From Diplonema japonicum (taxonomy: Eukaryota > Protista > Euglenozoa: Diplonemea), in assembly GCA_964019335.1 (NCBI GenBank), contig OZ025704.1, forward strand, positions 372,001-436,000: a stretch of 64,000 nucleotides of DNA, read 5' to 3'. This document shows, one piece after another, positions 55,234 through 64,000 of the stretch. The translations under genes and the position numbers were made by a program. Within the stretch, counting starts at the first letter, position 1, and each line of letters opens with the position of its first letter. The notes under the pieces were generated by a model, which searched no databases, was not told the DNA's origin, and was given only the letters and a program-made list of their open reading frames with translations.

Positions 55234-56121
55234 ATGAATCTGAATGTGCACCCTCTTGTGAGCAGCGGTGGGTTCGTTCCACCTAACATGTTGGTGGTGA
55301 ACGTGATGAACGGGGGTGTCCAGCAACACATTGCTGCGCCGCATATGGTCGCACACCCCCCGCAGCCCCAACGGCAGGTGGCAGCAGTTATACCATCGGT
55401 TGCCGCCGCTCCTGCCCCCGCCCCAGCCCCTGTTCCTGTTCCTTCTCATCCCCTTCTGCAGACTCACTCTGATCTTCCAGCTACTACTTCTTCTTCCTCC
55501 TCTTCTTCTTATATCGGAGATGGTCCGAGGTGCACCCATAACAACTGGGATAATGTCAGAGTGAAGAAGGGGATCATCATGCTGCGGTGTCGTACCTGCA
55601 AGGATCAGTGGAAAACAGGGAATAAGAAACTCTCGAAGTGCATGGCCTTCTACTCCGGGTGGTGTAAGTATGGGGAAAGCTGCAGCTTTATCCACATCCA
55701 CCGATACAAGAACGCGGTCAAGGAAATGGAGCACCTGGCTAAGGTGAATCATGCTAGGGAGAACTATCCAAAGAGGAAGGCCAAAGCACATGCTCAAGTA
55801 CAGCAACAACTACAACAACAACAACAACAACAACACAATAACTCTAGAAACGGTGTGACTGTGGAACCGGTGATATCCCATGTTTGGGTTAAACCGGGCG
55901 CAGTTCCCTACTTTCAGCCGCCATCTCCTCAGCTTTATCTTGTGTCTTCCTCTCAGCCCCAGTTGCCGGTGGCTTTGGCTGCACCTATTTCTACAGAGAC
56001 AGAAGGCCCCCCGCCTTTGCTCCAAGAGCACGAAGGTCTAGATGAATGTCTCTCGCCATCAGACATCTGTTCTCTTACGAAAACGCTCAAGAAAGTTGCA
56101 TCCATAACTGAAAGGGATTAA
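55234..56121 (+). CDS. Zinc-ribbon + CCCH zinc-finger protein (CxHNxWDNVR...LRCRxC family)
   Basis: CTHNNWDNVRVKKGIIMLRCRTC followed by CMAFYSGWCKYGESCSFIH (C-x7-C-x5-C-x3-H). Pyrimidine tract and CAG at 55220 precede the ATG. Confidence 0.8.
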   Translation: MNLNVHPLVSSGGFVPPNMLVVNVMNGGVQQHIAAPHMVAHPPQPQRQVAAVIPSVAAAPAPAPAPVPVPSHPLLQTHSDLPATTSSSSSSSYIGDGPRCTHNNWDNVRVKKGIIMLRCRTCKDQWKTGNKKLSKCMAFYSGWCKYGESCSFIHIHRYKNAVKEMEHLAKVNHARENYPKRKAKAHAQVQQQLQQQQQQQHNNSRNGVTVEPVISHVWVKPGAVPYFQPPSPQLYLVSSSQPQLPVALAAPISTETEGPPPLLQEHEGLDECLSPSDICSLTKTLKKVASITERD

Positions 56122-56222
56122 AAGGAAGAATGGGGGGGGGAGCAGGGAAAAAAAAAGAAGAAAAAAAGAAAAAGAAAGAAAATCGCTTTAGAAAGACCTG
56201 TTTTTTTTTTTTTTGTTTGTTT

Positions 56223-56260
<38 letters not shown>

Positions 56261-57658
56261 CCCCACCACCCACTCACTCACCGCAATAGCCCTCCATTTT
56301 ATATTTTATATACCTCTCACTCCCATCAGACACACAGTCAACAGGAAGGTAAGGACTTTCCCTGTAAGGTGCGCTCTTCGGTTTCGAATGTAAATTGCAC
56401 TCTTCAATGCACGTTGAAGGTTTAATCTTTTTGAGGGGGAATGGACGCAGGGTTTTCTCTTTTTTTTTTTCTCATTTTTTTTTTTTTTGCGTTGACAATA
56501 AAATCTCTTTAATAGGCAAAAAGATTTTTATACCCGACGCAGAAAATAAAAGAATAACTTGCCTGTTCTTCCCCCCCTTTTTTTTCCCCCTCATTTTTTT
56601 CTGCTACAATCACTTTGAACCCAAAGACGGGAAAAAGAAAACTAAAATTATAGGAGGGGATGTGTTGAGTGAGGAATAGACTTTTTTTTGAGGTCACCAA
56701 CTGCTCATCACTGGAAAAAAGAAAAAAAAACAAAAAAAAAGAGAGAGAAAAAGAAAGTGACTAAAAAGAAATCCCGGGAATTATCTTTCGCAGGTGACGG
56801 CTTGAAGCAAAAAGAAAAGCGTAAAGGTTTTTTTTTTTTTATATGTATTTAATTTTTTTTTTCTTCTATATTTTCTTTTTTGGTTTTGTTTTATACTTTT
56901 ATTTTATGTTTAACCACAGCATCATTTATACTACCCCCTCCCCCATCTCCCTTTTATACCTTTTGGACTGAAATTTATATGGACAAAAAAGACAGGTTTG
57001 TCATATTAGTCTCCAACGGAGGTTGGGAAACGGGCTTTTTTTTTTCGACTTTTAAAAATGCTTGCATCGGACAGGCAAAAAGTAATGCCCAAAGAAAGAA
57101 GAAGAAAATTTTCACAATCTTGCTGCTCTTTGAGGTGGGACACACAAGTGACCACCATTGGCTACCCCTTACAACGCCGGTCCCTTTCCCGCCTTTTTTG
57201 TTTTAACAATATTATTGTCGAGACTAAAAACTAGTTGATGGCAGCGTAATGAGAGCTATTTTATTAGGTAAAATCCCGCGCTCGTGCGCACAAACAACTG
57301 GAGCGCCAAGCTAGTTTTTTTTTTTTTTTTTTTTTCCGCTTTTATATTTTCCGACTTGGAATTGGGACCCCTCCCCCTTCGAAGAATGAGAAAGGTTACC
57401 TTACCCCTTCCGTCCCTCATGGAAGAAAAAAAAGAAAAATGAAAATAATAAACAAACAACCAATGAGAGAGTATCCTAGCAGTTGCCAATCTAGTTTCCT
57501 TGAGGTACTGCCAGGCTGTACCCTCCGCACACCTTCAAAAAAAAAAAAAAAAAAGAGGGGAAAAACGAGAACGAAATCTTTAAAAAGAAAAAGAAAAAAA
57601 AAGCAAGAAGAAGGGAGAAAAAAAAAAAAGAAGAAGAAAAGGACCACAGAGAGAATGT

Positions 57659-57699
<41 letters not shown>

Positions 57700-57754
57700 G
57701 ACACATATTTTTTTCTGCCGTCCTTTTCTTCTTCTTCTTTTTTTTTTTTTTTTC

Positions 57755-58850
57755 TGGAGACGATGTACGAATCCCTCAGACGGAGGTTCAAGTACCCGAC
57801 AGGGGTGGGTGACGAGTTTGCTACGTCGAACGGCATCCTGCAGGGGTGCCCGATCTCGGTGGTGATGGTGAACGCGCTGGTAGGGGTGATGGTGAAGGCC
57901 ATCATGGCGGAGGTGCCCGGCGCTGATTCCCTGTCATACGCGGACGACGTCTACTTGATAGCAGCTCTGCTCAGCGCGCTGGAGAAGGCGGCAGCGGGGG
58001 TGTGCGAGTTCTCTCTGCTGACAGGGATGAACCTCAACCTGAAGAAGACGGACATGTTTACAACGGCAGAGCACGGAACGGTGAAGTGCGGACGTGAGGT
58101 GCTCACAGCCAAAAAGGAGATCAGGTCCTGGGAGTCCGGGTATGTATGGACGGCGAGCACAGGGCGAAGCCCCTTGAGGCGATGGGACGCGGAGACTGGC
58201 CGCCATGCCGCTGGGGTTCACACAGAAGGCGAGGATCCATTCTCCATCGCGAACGTGTGGTGGAGGTCACTCTCGGGCAACCCAGTGGCGGCGTACCGAT
58301 TGAGGAGGCTGATTGCAGGAGCGGTGTTTGCGGTCTACCCGGGAGCGCGGGGCGTGGCGCAGGAACCGAACAACCCGCTGCAGCACCTCTGCGACGTGTG
58401 TGAGGAACGGTTCGGCAGCTACACGGAGGTGCTGGAACACGCCCTCTGGCGATGCGAGCCGGGTGACGCGGTGCGGAGCAAGATGGAGTACGCGAACCTG
58501 GACCCGGCAGCTATGCCGAAGGCGACGAGGCTCCATGGGGTGGTGCCCAGAGGCTGCCAAGACAAGCCAAGGGCCTTACTGGTGCAGAAGTACCTGCTGG
58601 AGGTAGTCACGCGGAGGGATGCAGCGGTGGATGCGAACCGCGCACTGCAGACAAGCTTACCCGTGGCGGGCGGTCGTGACGGGGAGGGCGCACCCGACGC
58701 CGACGGTGTCTGAGCTACGAAGGCTGGGAGCGTCAGGAACAGTGATGGACAAGCTGACGACGTTAGAGCTGGCCCTCGACTTCGAGAGGGAGATGGAGCT
58801 GACAGTAGGAACCCGCCAGAGCCCCCAGAACGGGGACAACGGGGACTAAG
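57755..58850 (+). mobile_element. Internally deleted non-LTR retrotransposon (RT core + zf-RVT-like fragment)
   Basis: RT motifs NGILQGCPIS, SYADD, GMNLNLKKT, followed closely by CDVC...EHALWRC and, in another frame, TTLELALDFE. Confidence 0.85.
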
Positions 58851-58894
58851 CGCAGCTCGGCCGGTGAGCGCAAAAACGCATACCTTAAAAGAAT

Positions 58895-58928
<34 letters not shown>

Positions 58929-61529
58929 ATTTCCCACCTTGCCTCTTCCCCCCTCCCCCTGCTATTCCCCCCCTCCCCCCTTCCCCCTCTACAAATATAG
59001 TATTTAAAAAAATAATAAACAGAATAAAAAAATGAAATAATCCTAGAAACTTGATAAAGAAGATTGAGGAAGAAAGAAAAAAGCAAATGAAAAAAAAAAA
59101 AGAAAATCATTGGACATGTTTTCAAAGAAAAAGAAAAAGAAAAGAAGAAATGGAGTCTGAGCCACAGCCGTCTATTGATGCCCACAATGTCAGAATCAAA
59201 ATCGTGGCCTAATAAGATATTTACCATACCGTAGTCATAAGTTGGTCTTCTTTTTTGTCTAAACAAAAGAGGATAAACTTCTTTCTACAGAACGTGACGA
59301 CACTTTCCTTGGACATGTTTGATAGATCGCATTCGTACAGTCGGCGAAAGAAAAAAAAGATGCTTATGGTTCACTTCCCCCTTTTTTTTTGTGGAATGGA
59401 TAGTGTGCCCCACCCCCACCCCCAAAAATAATTTTAATTTACATAGGCAATCAAAATGATTCCTTGTCCCTCCCCTTATATATATCTTTTTTTTTTTTTT
59501 TTTTTTTTTGCTGGAACAAGTAAACAAATTTTTGAAAAGAATTGTTATTGCAAAAAAGAGTAGAGGCAGCTTGTCCGTTTATCCCTACTGTAGGTGAAAA
59601 CGGCTTGCACAAACAACCAGCCGACTCTATTTTTGGGGAGGACTTGATAATAAAACATTATTGGTTTCAAGTTTTCTTTTAACTTTTTTGCGGGTCGTTG
59701 CTAACCACTTCGTTCCTACCATAGTGATTTTTTTTTCTATTTATCTACTTCTTTTTTTTTTTTTTTTTTTTTTGTGACCAGACAAGAGAGAAAGAAGTTG
59801 ACGGAGAGGTTAGCGCCGAATTACCTTGAGCAAGAGGGGAGCGGCATCAAGGAAGTGAAAGGGAGGAAGGTATGGGAGTCGCCTGCGAAGGAAGAGCTTT
59901 CACAGAACGTTAATAACACTGAACGTCGGTTCGTCCTCCATGGCCTCCAACGGATTCGCACACCTGCGAACGAAAACGAGGCCCCAGAAAAGGGAGTTTG
60001 ATAATTTTTTTTTTTTATGTCAGACAACAAAAAAAAGGGGGGGGGGAAAGAGAAAAAAAAGGGAGATAACATTATTGATTTATGAAAAATAAAGTGGCTG
60101 CTGATAATCTGGTGATTTTCCCTCGCTTCGCTCGTGGAAAAAAGAAATCAAATTCTGAGGGACAGATTATCAGCCAGGGAAAAAGAGTAAAGTCTACTTA
60201 ATTCATGAATACGTATTTTTATTTATTTTCTGGTTCCCGATGGTACTCCCAAACTCCCCCAAAGCCAGGATTTGACATAACACACTGCTCGTCCACGCCT
60301 TCAATCTGGGCCAGTCTTGCAATTTTGTGCTTCATGGTTGCACCAGCGTGGCTTTCTGGTGCAGATGCGGCTGAACTCGATGAACTCTCTGAGGAACTGG
60401 GTGCACCAGCGACTCATGGCGCGACAAGAGACCCTACTTAGGGGGGCTGAGAGCGATGCTCTTACCGCAGATGCCATCTATGACTGAAAGGCAAACCCCG
60501 ACAGCCGGAGCCCCACAGAAGGATGACAGGCACGTGTAGAATCCCCTGTCCACGGTGGGCGCAAAAATAGATCGAGTTTTTTGTTGATTTTCTGGCCTCT
60601 TTTCTCTGACGCCCCATTTTCACAATTCTGCAGAAGCACATGAGGGGGGAAAAAAAAAGTACTTTATTTTCGGCTCTTAGCCAAAATCCCCTTAGAGGGA
60701 ATCCAGAAAATAAAATTATTAAAAAAAAAAAATGAAGGGGGAGGGGGAAAGAAGAACAAAAAGTCTTTTAGCTACACTCACATCTGGAAGGGAAGCAAAA
60801 ACAAATAAAAGGGGAAACTTTGGTCGAAGGGGGGGGGTAAGAATTTCATTTTTTGGCGGTGGGCCGTTGCTAACCACTTCGTTCTTATCATAGTCAAGTT
60901 TTTTTGAAAGGGGGGGTTTGCTTAAACACTTTGTCTCCCCCATCAGAAAGCTTTTTTATTATTTTTATACAAAAAGGGTTTCAATTTTCTTTTTTTTTCC
61001 TACATCCCGGGTGGTGCACTATGCAAACACAACAACACACAAACACACATTTTTCGCATCCCCCCCACCCCCCCTTGAAACGTAATCTATTAGAGCCTTA
61101 TGCTATTGGGACTCTTACTGATCCCGGTAAGAACCCTTCAGTAGCACTGCAATTCTTTTTTTTTCTTAGCTCATCAAAAAATGGGGCGGAAGGGAAAGAG
61201 AGGGGTCCCCCGCTCCATGGTGCCTCATTTCTTTTAAGGAGGTGTTTGTGTCCCTTCTTCCCCCCCCCCCCCCCCTCTTTCTTTTTAATAATTTTTTTAC
61301 AATGAACGCTTGGCCTTGGCGTTATATCCCATCAAAGGGATTTCGATTTGCAGTAACCCCCCCCCCCCCACCCACCACCACCACCACCACCACCTTATTT
61401 GTTAATCCGGCAAATAAAAGGGATGAGAAATATACCAGCCAGCCCTTCTCCACACACTGTTTCGATTGCTGCTAGGAAAAGGGAAACTTTTAAAAAAAGC
61501 TAAGTTGCTGTGGGGGGGGGGGGGGGGGG

Positions 61530-61700
61530 GGGGATAACATGGAGAAAACAAAAAGTACATCAGATGTGCACTGTTGACCTCTTCGTCGGAGATACTCAGG
61601 CTGACGAAAACTGCACGAGCGCAGAATCCTGGCTGAGCTGCACACCGTACAGCTCGGCCGAGGTGCGCCCCTGTCAGGTAGACAGTGCTGGCCTCTTTTG
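61530..61700 (+). repeat. Dispersed repeat family A, deleted copy
   Basis: Collinear with 51184-51450 but lacks at least three internal segments. Confidence 0.75.
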
Positions 61701-62259
61701 TCCCCAGTATAGCCGTGTTGTTTTCCAGACCCCCCCCCCCCCCCCGTTTGCTTTTTTTTTTCCTTAGCCACCAGTAATAGAAACTCACTCACTCTGTTCA
61801 CGCAAAGTTGCACCTACCCATAATTTTTATTTTTTTTGCAGGGCGCCACCAACACTGGTTTCCTTTATCTTATATTTTCTTCCCCCCCCCCCATTTTTTC
61901 ACCGACTACACAAAAAAAAAGAAACCTTTTCACAAAAATTAAAAAAGGCAGGGGGGTCGAAATTTTGATACGTTCACACAACCAGTCCAAGGTGACAAAA
62001 GGCGTTTTTTTTTTAACCCCTGATGTGTTGAAGGGGGGGAGCGCAGAACACCCGTAGGCGGTAGGCGTGCTTTCTGCAGCATGCTGGCTTTCGTGGTACT
62101 CCTGCACCCAGAAACTAAAAAAACCATGCCAAAAAGTCCAAGGAAAAAAAAAGCCCCCCCCCCCCCCGCATTTTTATTTTTGCAAAGGTTTTAAAAAAGA
62201 AACGAAAAAGGAGACAGAAGAAAAAAAGATGATTTATTATCTTGTGGGCGGTGGTTGCA

Positions 62260-62408
62260 TGTAAAAACGATAAAATTCGTACATTGTAAGTGTTGAGGCG
62301 CTGGGATATGGCTTGTGACAAAACGGCTAGTGCTGCCACTACTTAAGCGCTTTCGCCCTATTACAAGTCTAAAGCTGAACTTGAACGCGAATTTTATCGG
62401 TTTTTACA
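62260..62408. mobile_element. 149-bp MITE-like element with about 21-bp terminal inverted repeats
   Basis: TGTAAAAACGATAAAATTCG (62260-62279) ... CGAATTTTATCGGTTTTTACA (62388-62408). Confidence 0.6.
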
Positions 62409-63022
62409 GAGCGGGAAATATGAAGAGCGGTTTTTCTTTTCTTTTTCTTTTTTTTTCTAGTGATTTCTGCAGCGTGGAAGGCCGGGCTGATATTTTTTTT
62501 TTTTTTTAAATTTTTATTTTTCTTTCTTCCTCTTAACCCCCTTGCTTGCACCATCCCCACCTTTCTTACCCCGTTGCTGAAGAACAGAAAGAAGAGAGAA
62601 AGACAGAAAAAAAAGAGGAAAAGAAGTAAATGAAAATAAGTTGTCAAAAAAAAAAACCATCTATAAACTGCTGGGGGGGGGGGGGGGGGGGGGTGTAGCA
62701 ATTATTGCCACCAGTTTTTAATTCAAAGAGAGTTAAATTGTGGTCTTTTTCTTCTTCTTTTATTTTTCTTCCAAGAGCGCCATGAATACTGGCCTCTTTG
62801 ATCTCTTATATATTTTTTTTCTTACTCCCCTCCCCCCTTTTTTTTTCTAGTCACTCCTTTCTTCTTCATTGCTGCATACCATTTGGCTACCAATATTACC
62901 ATTTTGTGGGTTGTGTAAAAAAAGAAAAAAAAACCTATTTATCTTAAAAAACCAGATGCTCTCATTTCGCCCGAGGGTCGTAGCTTAACGAGTGAAATAA
63001 CTTAAACAAGATGAGCCATTGG

Positions 63023-63879
63023 CCCACAAGTGAAATCTGGCACTGTTTTTTATTTGTGGATAAACTATATTTTTTATTAGGTAAGGATATCGTTCAAAAA
63101 GAAAAAAGGTAAAAGAAGAAATGCATCGGTGAAGATAAAGTACTTTTATTTTTTCACTGGTGGATGCGAACAAGGATCTTCCTTTCATCTCATTTTTTTT
63201 TTTAAATTTAATTCTGAGCAGCTCTCTTAAATAATTTAGGCTAGAAGATATAAATCAGGTTTCACTTTATTTCACGCCCAGACCTGGGCGTGAAATAAAG
63301 TATTTGATTTTTTTTTTTTCCCTCATGTTTTTAAGCCGAACGTTGCTGGGCGTGAAAATCAGGTACTTTATTTCGCACCCACAGTCATTTTCTAGCAAAA
63401 TGGGAAGGCGACCGGGAAGCGAGCCAAGGGCATCAGCCTCGAGAAAGAGGCAAAAACTGTGATGGAAGACACACTTCCAACGGCAAGCAAAATGGCCTAC
63501 AGGAAGGAGTGGGAGAGGTTTTGCACCTACCACTCGATCAAACCCAATAGAAAAGCACGGTCAACTGTTGAACAAACACAGCAGTCCCCTGCAACGCCCC
63601 CTTCAGCCCTGCCCCTTCGACACAGCCCACTTCTTCAACAGTGCACAGAATCACGTTTGACATGAACGTCAACATCGATTCGCACCAATTCATACCAAAC
63701 CCAGTACCGTGTTTAGTAAAGAGTCGCATTGTGCGAGAGCAGCTCATCATTAAATAAAATGTAGTATTGAATAAAATCAGAGCATGATTTCACTTGTGGG
63801 TCCCCTTTTTTGACTCGTTTTTTTTACTTCACGAAGAATAAAATCACTTGTCAAAAAGAGGACCCCACGCGTGAAATCA
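63023..63879. mobile_element. Palindrome-rich degenerate DNA element, possibly a tyrosine-recombinase (Crypton-like) remnant
   Basis: Inverted 15-mer at 63023-63037 / 63786-63800; perfect 18-bp hairpin 63264-63301; about 30-bp imperfect IR 63785-63879; short peptide LEKEAKTVMEDTLPTASKMAYRKEWERFCTYH. Confidence 0.4.
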
Positions 63880-64000
63880 GGCCATCTGGTTTTCATTTAA
63901 TAAATAGCCTATTTTTACTTTACCTGCACCTAAATAAAAAAGAATAGAGAGAAAAAAAGAAAACAAAAAAAAAAAGAGGTTTCGTGTGTGGCATTTTTTT

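Noticed and set aside
60230-60340. Minus-strand peptide CVMSNPGFGGV resembling P2X7-C/transposon-associated Cys motifs
   Set aside because: Too short, and the surrounding Cys pattern is missing.
1-64000. SL-RNA gene, tRNA, rRNA, CRISPR array, euglenid-type non-canonical introns
   Set aside because: None recognised by eye, and all reconstructed introns are GT-AG. A covariance-model scan (tRNAscan-SE, Infernal/Rfam) would be needed to exclude small RNAs.

Overview
Eukaryotic nuclear DNA, most likely from a euglenozoan and probably a diplonemid. This is inferred from the single-strand gene cluster, short cis-introns and a CxHNxWDNVR...LRCRxC + CCCH protein that I associate with diplonemids. About 27 protein-coding genes all lie on the + strand between 1 and 56,121, several separated by only 74-115 nt, consistent with a polycistronic, trans-spliced unit. 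Recognisable genes: CCR4/Angel-type EEP nuclease with a GST-C-like N-terminus, PB1-TPR-Zn-UBA protein, divergent eIF4E, PLAA/Doa1, CRNKL1/Clf1, Tctex-1, YqaJ-like exonuclease, UXT-like prefoldin, PPR-like protein, GRIP golgin, nodulin-like MFS transporter, SpoU-like protein, ependymin-related protein, eRF3 with a Sup35-like Q/Y/G/W-rich N-terminus, BLOC1S2, DnaJ, NIPSNAP, F-box, and several coiled-coil proteins. I reconstructed about 25 GT-AG introns of 32-76 nt by hand. All of them sit within about 1 kb (mostly under 650 nt) of the stop codon, even in 2.5-4.7 kb genes, and many have poly(A)/purine tracts instead of a polypyrimidine tract. Intergenic DNA is rich in long homopolymers and in heavily deleted mobile-element debris: two non-LTR retroelement fragments, TIR/MITE-like elements, dispersed repeats and a palindrome-rich possible tyrosine-recombinase remnant. 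No rRNA, tRNA, SL-RNA or CRISPR was recognised. All family calls are by motif recognition, without database searches.
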